A stretch of DNA of 64,000 bases from Malacoraja senta. Taxonomy: Eukaryota. The DNA lies in the NCBI GenBank assembly GCA_038087875.1, contig CM075993.1:1490001-1554000 (forward strand), given 5' to 3'. Below are positions 1-11,727 of the stretch, piece after piece (the first letter of the stretch is position 1; each line of letters begins with the position of its first letter). Both the position numbers and the translations under genes were made by a program. The notes under the pieces are model-generated. The model saw only the letters and a list, made by a program, of their open reading frames with translations. It ran no database searches and was not told the origin of the DNA.

Positions 1-527
1 AATCAGTCTGAAGAAGGGTCCTGACTCAAAACGTCACCTATCCATGTTCTCCAGAGATGCTGCCTGACCCGCTGAGTTACTCCAGCACTTTGTGTCTTGC
101 TTCGGTATACACCAGCATCTGCAGTTACTTGTTGTCGCAGTAAAACTTCTATCTTTGGGCCACTGACAGGAGGTGATATTATAACCATTTTATTGGTGGA
201 TCCCATGGTATTTGTTGTTAGCCTCCATCTATTTTACATAATGGGAAACAAAAAGATTGTTGTTGTTACCACCACTGTACTGGAACATGGATCAGTACAG
301 CACAGGAGAAGGCCTTTCAGCCCATCATGTCTGTGCCGTACATGAGGCCAAGATCAACGGAACATGATGCATATCCCTCCATTCCCTGCATATTCACTCC
401 TTTTTATGTCTGAAATGATGACAGAATGGTGACCTTCTGTTGAATGTGAAGTGCAAGACTGTGTTACTCACTCACTGCTCCCCACTGTGGCTTTGCTTGT
501 GTTAAAACATGTGCTTTTGTGTTCTAG

Positions 528-586
528 GTGAACGATATCTTCAGAAATAATTCCAACTTCGTCGATATCGTAATTAATGGATTTGC
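528..586 (+). CDS. Gene A exon: SEA middle (59 nt)
   Basis: ttctag|GTG...GC|gtaagt; VNDIFRNNSNFVDIVINGF(A). Confidence 0.85.
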
Positions 587-3500
587 GTAAGTACCATGCT
601 CCTCCATCACTCAAACAAAGTGTGGTTCAGGTGCTTAAGAAGGAACTGCAGATGCTGGAAAAATCAAAGGTAGATCAAAATGCTGGGGAAACTCAGCGGG
701 TGAGGCAGCATCTATGAAACTCAGCTGCTGGAAGAAGGGTGTCGACACGAAACGACACCCGTTCCTTCTCTACAGCGATGCTGCTGCCCGTCCCGCTGAG
801 TTTCTCCAGCATTTTGTGTCTGTTTTTACGGGTGCCAGAACGACCAGAAAGACGCTACGATTCTTTGGGCGACTGAGGATACTACTCACGACCATACAGG
901 TGACATGTCGCGGGGTGAAGCCTGTATGGTCGTGAGTAGTCGCCCAAAGAGTCGTACCTTGTTCTGGTTGCCACTGGATTTTCCACATGTTGAACATTTT
1001 CGGCGACCTGCAACGACCTAAGACGACGGGTGCCGGCAGTTGCCGAAAAAGTCGCGTAAGTGGGACAGGCCCATGTCTCTTATTATGAGGTCTGTTGGAG
1101 TCCTGTTGGATTAGTGGGGTCATCTTAAGGGCCTGTCCCACTTGTACGACCTAATTGCCGACCTCTGCCGAGTTTGCCCTTGACTCATACTCGCAGCATG
1201 GTGGTCACGAGGTCGTGGGAGGTCTTCGTAACTCTTCCTCGTGCTCGTGAGCGGTCTCCGCGTACTCGTGGCCTCAAGTAGGTCGCGGCGTTTTTTCCAA
1301 CCGGATAAAAAATGTCCACCGGTAAAAAAAGGTCGGCATAGGTCGTCCAAGTGGGACAGGGGCTTAAGGCTCTCAATCTCAGAGATGTTTTTCATGTTTG
1401 TAAAGTTAGTGGGTGTAATCTATGGCTCCCGGTGTGAGAGGTCTGTTGGAGATGTGTTAGATTAGAGGGGGTAAATATAAAATGCTCTGCAAGTTATCCA
1501 AATGGAAAAAAACATCCTCCATTCAAAGTGTGGTGAGAATATGCAGTGTTTGGATAGCAATGCCTTTAGAAAGGCACAGATATACAGAGCAAAGGGTAAA
1601 TGGATTAGGCTGGTTCTATCCTCCGAGGTTAGCCCAAACAGAATGGGCTCAAACAGCATCATCTTCCGTGTTGAAAATGTGCCAAGTGCCGAAGAATATG
1701 TGCACTTTGACCTACACAGTCGCAAATGGCTGTGGAGACTGTTTAGTGTGAACAGGGGCTTACAGCAGTTATTCAACATAAATCCCAACATCTTCACCCT
1801 GCATGCTCCATTTTAACCTCACCCTGTCTTTCACAGAACATAGAATAGTAGAGGCCTTTCAGCCCACCACATCTGTGCTAAACATGCCAAGATAAACTAT
1901 TCTTCACTGTCTGCACGTGATCCATATCCCTCCATTCCCTCCTAACCCCATGCTCCTACCTTCTCCCCATCACCCCTGACACCCGCTCTAATCAATAATC
2001 TATCTCTGCCTGAAAAATATCCACTGACTTGGCCTCCACAGCCTTCTGTGGCAAAGAATTCCACAGATTCGCCACCCTCTGACTAAAGAGATTCCTCCTC
2101 ATCTCCTTCCAAAAGGAATGTCCTTTAATTCTGAGGATACGACCTCCGGTCCTAGACTCTCCCACTAGTGGAAACATCCTCTCCACGCCCACTCTATTCA
2201 AGCCTTTCACTATTCTGTAGGTTTTAATGAGGTGTCCCCTCATTCTTCTGAACTCCAGCGAGTACAGGCCCAGTGCCGACAAATGCTTCATTGATTTAAC
2301 GCTGAATATTAATTGATTTGTATTGATATTGAACAATTCAATGTGATGTCAACGCTTATTTTGGTTCTGTTTCTATCGATGTAGGAATGGGTCAGTTTTG
2401 AGCGATACGTCTATCAGCGTGCAACCGAACACTATAACGCAAGCCACTGCAGCCCAAATACTGGCCGATAACGCTCGGCAGTTTGACAGAGTGGGTCTAA
2501 CCTTGGATGTCAACGCCCTTACCAACACAAGTATGTTGCTATTCGTGCTATTGAGGGAGTGCAGCGTAGGTTAATTCCCGGGATGGCGCGACTGACAAAT
2601 GATGAAAGAATAGATCAACTGGGCTTGTATTCACTGTAATTTCGAAGGATGAGAGGGATTCTTATAGAAACATATAAAATTCTTAAGGGTTTGGACAGGC
2701 TAGATGCAGGAAAAATATTCCCCATGTTGAGGGAAGTCCAGAACCAGGGGGTCACAGTTCGAGAATAAGGAGCAGGCCATTTAGGACTGAGATGGGGGGA
2801 AAAAACTTTTCATCCAGAGAGTTGTGAGTCTGTGGAATTCTCCGCCACAGAAGGCAGTGGAGGCCAATTCACTGGATGTTTTCAAGTGAGAGTTAGATTT
2901 AGCTCTTTGGCCTAAGGGAATCAAGGGATATGGGGAGAAAGCAGGAACGGGGTACTGATTTTGGATGATCAGCCGTGATCATATTGAATGGCGGTGCTGG
3001 CTCGAAGAGCCGAATGGCCTACTCCTGCACCTATTGTCTACGTTTCTCGGTTTTTATGTTTCTATGGGATAATTCTCTAGAGAAGAAAACATCTCTAGCA
3101 TGCGCTGTTTAAGCTGCAAGGCTGTAGATCAACTAGCTGAATGGGGTAATGGGGTGCTTGCTCTGCCTATTTGTCCCGATTTTCAAACTGATGTATGAGA
3201 TTCTTTGGACGGGAGAAGCAATGGAAGTGGCTGGGAAGTCAAGCCACCTGTCTCTTTAATTCTCCTCCCTGCTCCCATTTGCTTGCCTTTTGACAAAAGT
3301 TCAGTTTAGTTTATTGTCACGTGTACAGTGAAAAGCTTTTGTCACAGCGGAAAGACAATACATGATTACAATCGAACCGTCCACAGTGTACAGATACCTG
3401 ATAAAGGGAATAACATTCAGTGCTAGATAAAGCCAGTGAAGTCCAATCAAAGATATAGTCCGAGGGTCACCAATGAGGTAGAGAGTAGTTCAGGGCCACT

Positions 3501-6500
3501 CTCTGGTTGTGGTAGGATGGTTCAGTTGTCTGATAACAGCTGGGAAGAAACTCCTTGAATCTGGAGTGTGCGTTTGCACGCTCACACCTCCAGAATCAGG
3601 GACAGTTTTTTATCGGACAACTGGAAGCCAGAGATGAAAAAAACAGAAGGTGTGAGACATTTCTCATTCTTTTGTCTCACAACTTCTGTCTTTTCATCTC
3701 TGGCCTTTGTCTACCTATCTGCCTATCAACACCCCCCCTCCCCTTTGTCCTGACCCTCCTCCCTTCCAGCATTCTTCCCTCCCCCGCCCCCCCCATAAAA
3801 ATCACTCTGAAGAAAGGTCCCCATCGAAAATGATCCTCGTGTATTCCAGGGATGCTGCGTGACTCGCTGAATTTAGTTTAGTTTAGTTGTGTGCTGTACC
3901 GTGTGGAAAGGCCCTTCGGCCCATCGAGTCCATGCCGGCCAATGATCACCCGCACACTAGTTCTAACCTACAAACCTGCACGATTTTGGAGTGTGGGAGG
4001 AAACCGGAGCACCCGGAGAAAACCCACACGGCCACAGGGAGAAGGTACAAACTCGGTACAGGCAGCACCCGTAGTCAGGATCGAACCCGGGTCTAAGGCG
4101 CTGTGAGGCAGCAACTCTGCCGCCCAAACTGTTGCTCCAGCACTTTGCGTCTTTTCTTTTTCCTTTGTTAACAAGCACCTGCTGTTCCTTTGCTTCTGTG
4201 CGCCCTGTCAAATGCCTGACCTCGTGTTACATGAGATGTTTGTGTCGTTCGCAGCGACTACTGTGGCAACAACCACGACAGGAAGGACGACCATGACAGC
4301 CACGCCAACCACCACCATGACCACTCCGACGGTCAACCAGCCAGTTCCACCACGACCGTTCCCAGGTTTTGCTGTTGCCATCATCGTCATGTGCGGCCTC
4401 GCTCTCCTCGCCCTGCCCTTCGTTATTGTCCTGGTGAGTTCACACAACGGCCAACGGCCAAAACCGTAATCGCCGCACCTTTTTAATCATCAACTAAGCA
4501 CCGTTTTTTTATAAATTACCAAAAATAATTTCAATCAACTATTTACAGAAATACAGTGCAAACTTACAAACAAACCCACCGCCATAGTACAAAATCAAAG
4601 CAAATATTCTTAAATATGAAATCACTATTTCCCTCTCCTCATTGAGGACACATCCCACCCCCACCCCCCGTGGTGCCCAGCGGTTCCGGAAATCCCCCAG
4701 GGCGCCCATGGACAGCGCGTAGTCCCTTTCTAGTACCACCCGGGCGCGGATGTAACCCCGGAGAACAAAGCAAGGTGGCACAGCGGTAGAGTTGCTGCCT
4801 CACAGCGCCAGAGACCCGCGCTGGGTTTGATCCTGGTTCTGTACGGAGTTTGTACGTTCTCCCTGTGACCCCAAGGGTTTCTCCGGGTGCTCTGGCATCC
4901 ACCCACACTCCAAAGATGTGCGGGTTTGTAGGTTAATTGGCTTCTGTAAAAAAATTTAAGTTGTCCCTTGTGTGTAGGATAGTGTTAGTGTACATGTTTA
5001 TACGTGGTCAGCGCGGACTCGGTGGGCCAAACCGCATGTTTCCACGCTGCATCTCTAAAGTATAAGGTCTTTAGATTAGTTACTTTATTGTCACGTGTAC
5101 CGAGGTACAGTGAAAAGCTTTTGTTGGGTGCTAACCAGTCAGCGGAAAGACAATACATGATTACAATCGAGCCGTCTACAGTGTACAGATTCAGGATAAA
5201 GTCGAGATAGACACAAAATGCAGGAGTAACTCAGTGGGACAGGCAGCAACTGGATGGAATGGGTGACGTTTCGGGTCGAGACCCTCTTCAGACTGATGTC
5301 AGGGGAGAGGGAGATACATAGATAAGGAAGTGTAAGGTGTGAAAATAGGACAAAGGGGATGGAGATCAAGGACGATGTAGAATAAATCATTGTTGCCTGG
5401 GAGAAGGTGACAACAAAGCAAACAGAGATAAAATATAGTCGTAGACGGTCAGACTGGTGGGAGAACTGGGAAGGGGGAGGGATGGAGAGAGAGGGAAAGC
5501 AAGGGTTACTTGAAGTTAGAGAAGCCACTGGGTTAACCGCTGGGGTGTAAGCTGCACAAGCGAAATATGAGGCGCTGTTCCTCCAATTTGCGCTGGGCCT
5601 CACTCTGACAATGGAGGAGGCCCAGGACAGAAAGGTCGGTGTGGGAATGGGAGGGTGAGGGGGAGTTGAAGTGTTTAGTAACCGCTAGAGGAAATGTAGA
5701 AACAGGGCAGAATCTAGTTTAGAGTAAAAAAAGAGAAACAAGAGAAAAGGGGAATGAGAAAACCTGATTAAAGTCTAATATGCCTCCTCTTGGTTTTTTT
5801 CTGCAGTGTGTTAAGAGCGGTTATTGTTCAAAAATGGCAAATGCCTTCCGGTTGGAATCTCCTGATAATTTAGACATGCGACTTCCAATGTTTGGGGTAA
5901 GTGCCATCTCTACACAACATGCCAGCATCAGAATGACAAAGTGCCCTACTGTAACTTAAGCTGCCCGACAGTCCTTTGTACCTAAGTGGCACAGTGGCGC
6001 AGCGGGTGGAGCTGCTGCCTCACAGTTCCACAAACCTGTGTTCGATTCTGTTCCGCAGTCCATTATTTTTTCAGTTCAGTTTAGTTTATTGTCACGTGTA
6101 CCGAGGTACAGTGAAACTCTTACCAGTCAGCGGAAAGACAATACATGATTACAATTGATCGGTCCACAGTGTACAGACACATGATCAGGGAATAACGTTT
6201 AGCGTAAGGTAAAGCCTGCAAAGTCCGATCAAGGATAGTCCGAGGGTCACCAAAGAGGTAGATAGTAGTTCAGCACTGCTCTCTGGTTCCTATAAAATCT
6301 TGCCCTTAAACCATCAACCTTTGGTTCTTGATCCCCCTACTCTGAGTAAATGACTGCATTCACCCCATCAATTTCCCCTGTAAAATCACCCTTCAGCCTC
6401 CTGTACTCCAAGGAATAAAGTCCTAGCTTGCCATATCTCTAGCCCCTGAGTCCTGGCAACACTCTCGTAAATCTTCTCTGAACTCTCTCCAGCTGAATGT

Positions 6501-6569
6501 ATTGTTGGCTGCTGTATAATGTTGCTTCTTCTGTTCCCATGTTAGGGGCGCTCGTACAACTTCATCTGA
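528..6569 (+). CDS. Gene A: 3' part of a SEA-domain transmembrane mucin-like gene (5 coding exons visible; 5' exons probably upstream of the window)
   Basis: Exons 528-586, 2385-2530, 4255-4433, 5807-5896 and 6546-6569 are all AG/GT-bounded and phase-compatible (0-2-1-0-0). Spliced product: VNDIFRNNSNFVDIVINGFANGSVLSDTSISVQ...LTNTTTTVATTTT...FPGFAVAIIVMCGLALLALPFVIVLCVKSGYC...GRSYNFI*. Confidence 0.9.
1128..1364. mobile_element. MITE, probably PIF/Harbinger-type; a related partial copy lies at about 825-1072
   Basis: TIRs agggcctgtcccacttg / caagtgggacaggggct; flanks tta and taa. Confidence 0.75.
1935..2292 (-). mobile_element. CR1 LINE 3' fragment
   Basis: LGLYSLEFRRMRGHLIKTYRIVKG...FSQRVANLWNSLP. 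Confidence 0.9.
2385..2530 (+). CDS. Gene A exon: SEA C-terminal half with GSV motif
   Basis: tgtag|G AAT GGG TCA GTT...ACA A|gtatgt; NGSVLSDTSISVQPN...GLTLDVNALTNT. Confidence 0.88.
2535..3045 (+). mobile_element. CR1 LINE 3' fragment
   Basis: CR1 ORF2 C-terminus plus tail gaatggcctactcctgcacctattg. Confidence 0.88.
3300..3592 (-). mobile_element. Rex1/Babar-like LINE 3' end (related copies about 5080-5200, 6075-6290, 30190-30300, 52440-52660)
   Basis: Minus strand reads approximately THSRF..SFFPAVIRQLN, followed by a gtgacaataaactaaact tail. Confidence 0.65.
3880..4125 (-). mobile_element. tRNA-derived V-SINE (HE1-like)
   Basis: Reverse complement of the SINE consensus seen repeatedly in the window. 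Confidence 0.8.
4255..4433 (+). CDS. Gene A exon: Thr-rich stalk and transmembrane helix
   Basis: cgcag|CG ACT...CTG|gtgagt; lies in ORF 4212..4469; hydrophobic FAVAIIVMCGLALLALPFVIVL. Confidence 0.92.
4500..4768 (-). mobile_element. Tx1/L1-clade LINE 3' end
   Basis: LRGYIRARVVLERDYALSMGALGDFRNRWAP resembles the Tx1-type ORF2 C-terminus (from recall); A-rich tail on the minus strand. Confidence 0.65.
4772..5062 (+). mobile_element. tRNA-derived V-SINE (HE1-like)
   Basis: A box ggtggcacagcggtag, B-box-like ggtttgatcc, V-domain ggagtttgtacgttctcc, CR1-like tail. Confidence 0.85.
5205..5690 (-). mobile_element. PLE 3' fragment (GIY-YIG C-terminus + pLTR)
   Basis: Minus strand resembles the end of the EN ORF (HFNSP..HSHTDLSVLGLLHCQSEAQRKLEEQ) plus pLTR. 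Confidence 0.85.
5807..5896 (+). CDS. Gene A exon: cytoplasmic tail
   Basis: ttttttttctgcag|TGT...GGG|gtaagt; 90 nt; CVKSGYCSKMANAFRLESPDNLDMRLPMFG. Confidence 0.88.
6546..6569 (+). CDS. Gene A terminal coding exon
   Basis: Pyrimidine tract then gttag|GGG CGC TCG TAC AAC TTC ATC TGA (GRSYNFI*), followed by AT-rich UTR-like unique sequence. Confidence 0.75.
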   Translation, partial: GRSYNFI

Positions 6570-9500
6570 CGAGACACCAAAGAGACCAGAACTTTGGATT
6601 CAGAGGGAAAAGTTGACATGGATTTTGAAGAATACGCACGAGGAATATTGACCACAGTACTTTTTTAACAACCCAACCAAACCAAAGCATGTGTAACCTA
6701 ATGAACCAAGGTATCATCGTGCTAACTCTTTCAAATCAAATCAATTTATAAAGTGGTAGTTACCAGGTTTTACTTTATATTGAAAAATATACATATTGTC
6801 ATGTTGTATGGATGTGGACGTATCCAGAATTTATTTTTGATTGGAGGTTTGTGTTAAATTTATATTTGTTTGTAAAGCTTTGTCTCTGAACTAGTATATC
6901 ACGCACGTTGGCCCAAATCAGCTTCCTGCCAAATTGTTGATAGTCCCGTGGCGTGTGAAAGCTCACTGGCTTGCAGGCATCTCCAAAGCTATGTCATCGA
7001 CAAACGTTGACCTGCACTGAATGAATGGAGTTTTATTTGAGTGCAAGTGTACACTGGCATCTGCTGTTTTATTTACTGGAAGGCTAAGTGAAACAAGTAC
7101 GAAGATGAACAGGGTGGCGAGCATCGAGATGAAATAAGAATCAGATGTTTGTGCACTTCGGTGAGTGATGGTTGGATTTACTGCTTACGTCCTTGGCAAA
7201 GAGCCAAAACGCATACTGTGACCAGCAGTAAGTCTACCCGTCACCAAATTTACCGTCACCAGTTTTACTGGGGGTTTGCTAGGTGTTGCCCCAGTACTAG
7301 TTAGTTTTCAGGTAACACAGAAACCAACACAAGCTAAAGGGCAAGTTGAGATCAGAAACACAACCGAGCTGTCTCAGATGTGCACAGGTGGATGGAAGTT
7401 GTACGTAGCCCTGGCTTGCAACCTCAGTGCCAAAGATAGACAAATAAATGCCGGAATAACTCAGCGGGACAAGCAGCATCTCTGGAGAGAAGGAATGGGT
7501 CGAGACCCTTCTTCAGACTGCTGTTGCTTCTTGCTGAGAGACTCAATGGTGGACATCTCAGCATTGGATAGAAGCCACATCTTCAGAGTCAGGGTGGTCA
7601 ATGTTGTTAATCAGAGGCAGATCACCTCAAGTGTTTCCTCCTGCACTCTCTAGAGCTCTGACGTGATTTAATGAGAATCTTCATTACATGGGACATACTG
7701 TAGACCACTGTTTATGGAGCTTTACAAAACACATCTTCACCTTGGTCCTCAAAACTTCCCGCCAGCACCTGTGTGTAGGGGAAAGCATTATTTATAAGGA
7801 TACGCTGTCCTGCAGTAACGTTGTGTGAGCCAATGGCAACGGCGGCAAGACTATGACGCTGGGATGCAATTGTAGAATGCGATCTCATTCATCTGCTATG
7901 ATCCATTGCAGGCGACTATGTCCATTCATGCAGTGAAGAGTTTGAAAACATTGTGTGTCAGAGTCCACGTGCCCGTCACCTCCCCAACAGAACCTCAAGG
8001 CTCAGATAACCAAGGTGGACATGCCAATGATACGAGGCACATACACCATTAACCTGCAGCTTGTCAGAGGTTATGTGGAGAAGGCAGGGGAATGGGGTTC
8101 GGAGGGAGATATAGATCAGCCATGATTGAATGGCGGAGTAGACTTGATGGGCCGAATGGCCTAATTCTACTCCTATCACATATGACCTTATGACTTTTTA
8201 ATAAAAATTGTTCGCTGTGTAGCGATGAATATTTAGTTTACATTATAGATTGTATAGACATGTAAGGATTTAACTTATCTTTTATAATTTTGCATCTTTT
8301 CACTACATTCCACTAACTGTATCAGACAATGCAGCCAATCGCCCTTGCCTTGTTTGAAATGTTGATTTTATCGAGACTTTGAATCTCACTGTTAAAGCCA
8401 GAAGGATTCCAGACTGTTTTGATTTGTAAACCTTGTGTTCGGGGCTGGATCAGGACTCTCAGCCTGCGCGCAACAGTGCGTGATTTGTAACCACTACATT
8501 ACATAAGCTGATCACCTCTGGTTGCAAATGTATACTGATCCCTCGTATTTCAAAGGGAGCTTGAAGTTAGTTTTGTAACTGGAAGACTTCTTGAAAGATA
8601 GAAAAATCTCAAAACCTGCACTTTACGAGTTAAATCCTCAGGAATAGATCGATGACAGGAGTGGCTGAAATTATTCCTGTCGGGCAAGTCAACTTCACTT
8701 GAAAACACACAAAACAGCCTTGGGTCCAATCCCTAAAGAATCCCATCGGAACTATTGCCCTGAGGTGGCTTTAGTTAAAATTCAACCTCTCCTTTATCAG
8801 AGCTGTCAACTACATGAGAATATATTGACACTGATTGCACCATGACATTAATTGGCCCAAACCTCACAGGAGAAGAATGTGAATACAACATTCTGACAGC
8901 TTCACGCTACTCAAACAGTGGTGGAAATTCCCCTGTGTGTCTTAGACAATATTTATACCCCCCTCTCAGGCTCGCATTATCTGATCGTGGCCAGGGCAAC
9001 TGATTCTCAGAACTATTTCATGGGTTCCAAATTGCTTTGATGTATCCTGAAGGGGAAGTAAAAGGCACTAAAATAACATGACCTTTTTCTCAAAGGCAGT
9101 CCCAGTCTACATTGCCACTTCTATTGTTTCTAAGTACAGAATGGAGGAACAAGGAACTGTAGATGCTGGTTTACCCAAGGGGACACAGAGTGCTGAGTAA
9201 CTCAGCGGGTCAGGCAGCATCTCTGGAGGATATGGATAGGTGACGTTTTGGGTCGGGACTCCTTCTTGGAACGTCACCTATCCATGTTCTAGGGTCATAC
9301 AAGGTGGAAACAGGCCTTTCGGCCCAACTTGCCCACGCCGACCAACATGTCCCATCTACACTTCTCCAGAGATGCTGCCTGACCCGCTGAGTTACTCCAC
9401 TTCTTTGGTTCCTTTTGTTTGTAAGTACATTGGGAAAGTAGTGTCGTAAGCTATCTTACCTTGCAGGGATGCTACATTTTAATCAATTTTAAGGGATTAT

Positions 9501-9660
9501 TTATCGACTCTTACTGTTAAGCACTAAAATAACTTAATTGGTTTCTTTACAAAAATGCCCTTGTGCAATGGATGGAGCATGTTGATGGTTGGAAACAAAC
9601 ATAATGCAAAGATATATTTTTCTGACCTTGTATTCTTTGTTGTTCCAAATGAATTAAAAT

Positions 9661-9670
9661 ATTAAATAAA
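9661..9670 (+). promoter_or_regulatory. Candidate polyadenylation signal of gene A
   Basis: Overlapping ATTAAA/AATAAA followed about 25 nt later by a U-rich tract; an alternative AATAAA lies near 8200. Confidence 0.45.
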
Positions 9671-9739
9671 TATTTCTTACAAATCAGAACAATTCTTTGG
9701 TTCTTATTTTTGCGTCTTTAAACAAAAGAGATCAAGTTA

Positions 9740-10070
9740 TGTAATATTGACTTCTCTAACTTCAAGTAGCCTTTGCTTTCCCTCTCTATCCAGACATCCC
9801 CTTCCCAGTTCTCCGACCAGTCTGACTGTCTCCTTGTTTAAGTTTTATCTCTGTATGCCTCGTTGTCACCTTCCCCGAGCTAACATCTATTCTACATCTT
9901 CCTAGATCTACGTCCCCTTTGATTTTCACACCTTACCCTTCCATATCTCTGTGCCTCCCTCTCCCCTGACTCTCAGTCTGATGAAGGGTCTCGACCCGAA
10001 ACGTCACCCATTCCTTCTATCCAGAGATGCTGCCTGAACTGTTGAGTCACTCCAGTGTTTTGTGTCTGTC
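9740..10070 (+). mobile_element. PLE 3' fragment with pLTR
   Basis: attgacttctctaacttcaag resembles the end of the GIY-YIG ORF and runs into the pLTR. Confidence 0.8.
9976..10008 (+). ncRNA. Minimal hammerhead ribozyme motif in a PLE terminal repeat (best-conserved copy)
   Basis: gu-CUGAUGA-A-GGGU(CUCG)ACCC-GAAA-C-GUC-ac: full core, stem II, palindromic ACGU helix III, GUC triplet at 10003-10005. Confidence 0.75.
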
Positions 10071-10667
10071 TTCCAAATATTCCCAGAGCCAGCCCAGTTG
10101 TTGACTTTGGCCATTATCATTCAGTCAAAACCCAACTCCTTTAAGTGCGTGTGGCTTTGTCTCAGAAGCTCAGATGTTAGTCAGCCAACGTCAACAATTG
10201 GCTTGGGTTGGGCCTTCAGGAGGGAGATCAGGCTAACATCCCAGTTCTATACAAAGCCCTACCTTTCATGTTTTGGCTCCACAGTGCTCAGACTGATTCT
10301 TTCATGGATCACAGATCTCCCTTCAGCTTTAGACACCACCTGGGTTCAAACAAAGGGTGGTTTTGATACTTGACAGAAACTTAACAAAATCTGGGTTGTT
10401 GATGCTACCTGATCAGGATGTCCGTTGAAGAATGTTCCAACTATCTCACCCCAAAGACTTTCCACTTTCTGCAAGGCAGCAGAGTGAGGGAACAGGAGTA
10501 TAGACAAGAGGTGCAGGAGTAGGCCATTGGGCCCTTCGAGCCAGCACCGCCATTCAATGTGATCATGGCTGATCATCCACAGTACCCCATTCCTGCCTTC
10601 TCCCCACACCCCTTGATTCCGCTAGCCCGAAGAACTCTATCTAACTCACCAAACACCCGGTCCTCCC

Positions 10668-11200
10668 AACATGGCCGCCGGACCGGGCCCATCCAGCATC
10701 GCCGCCGGAGCGGGCCTACTCTACACGGCCGCCGGACCGGGGCTCCCCGAACATGGCCGCCGGACCGGGCCTACTCTACACGGCCGCCGGACCGGGGCTC
10801 CCCGAACATGGCCGCCGGACCGGGCCTACTCTACACGGCCGCCGGAGCGGGCCTACTCTACACGGCCGCCGGAGCGGGGCTCTCCGAACATGGCCGCCGG
10901 ACCGGGCCTACTCTACACGGCCGCCGGACCGGGCCTACTCTACACGGCCGCCGGACCCGGGCTCTCCGAACATGGCCGCCGGACCGGGCCTACTCTACAC
11001 GGCCGCCGGAGCGGGGCTCTCCGAACATGGCCGCCGGACCGGGCCTACTCTACACGGCCGCCGGACCGGGCCTACTCTACACGGCCGCCGGACCCGGGCT
11101 CTCCGAACATGGCCGCCGGACCGGGCCTACTCTACACGGCCGCCGGAGCGGGCCTACTCTACACGGCCGCCGGACCGGGGCTCTCCGAACATGGCCGCCG
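10668..11200. repeat. GC-rich composite minisatellite (27-bp and 28-bp units)
   Basis: Units ggccgccgga(c/g)cgggcctactctacac and ggccgccggaccggggct(c/t)ccgaacat interspersed as AB and AAB. Confidence 0.95.
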
Positions 11201-11362
11201 CACCGCACCCTACTCACCCCGTCGCCTCACCGGGCTGGTCGAACCGCGCCGCCCCACCGACCACCCGCCCTGCCGGGACCTCCCGTGGACCCCGACTCCA
11301 CTGCCCGAGGACTCCTACCGTCGGGTCCGTCGACCCTCGCCACTGCACCTCCCTCCCTCCAG

Positions 11363-11403
11363 CAGCCCGCAGCCCGCAGCCCGCAGCCCGCAGCCCGCAG
11401 CCG
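11363..11403. repeat. (CAGCCCG)n heptamer repeat
   Basis: About 6 direct copies. Confidence 0.9.
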
Positions 11404-11727
11404 TCGCCTCACCTGCTGACAGACTGGACTCTGTACTGGGCCTGAAGCCTGCACGCTGCTCACTCCCACTCTCCGGGGTTTGACTCCACTGGGTCCTAGC
11501 GCTAGTCTGCCTAGCCCTGGTTATCTCAGTGTTAGTTCCACTGATTCTTCCCCATCCCTCTCCAACTATGGGACCACTTCTCTTCCACACCCACACCACA
11601 GCCCTCTCACCCCACCCCCCCCCCCCGACCACCCCCCGACCACCCCCCAACCACCCACCACCACACATCGCCTCGTCCCCATTCCACCCACCTGCCTTCC
11701 TCCGGCCCCAACCCCCATCCCTGCCGG

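Noticed and set aside
1125..1367. TTAA-flanked piggyBac or Kolobok interpretation of the MITE
   Set aside because: The cleaner relative at 27499-27797 shows a 3-bp TTA duplication, which favours PIF/Harbinger.
1380..1815. Possible decayed L1 ORF2 C-terminus or host exon
   Set aside because: Only vague motif resemblance across broken frames; not supportable by eye.
10559..11483. Three long overlapping ORFs (230-286 aa) as genes, or the repeats as a CRISPR array
   Set aside because: The ORFs come from a stop-free GC-rich minisatellite. There are no unique spacers or cas genes, and the context is vertebrate.
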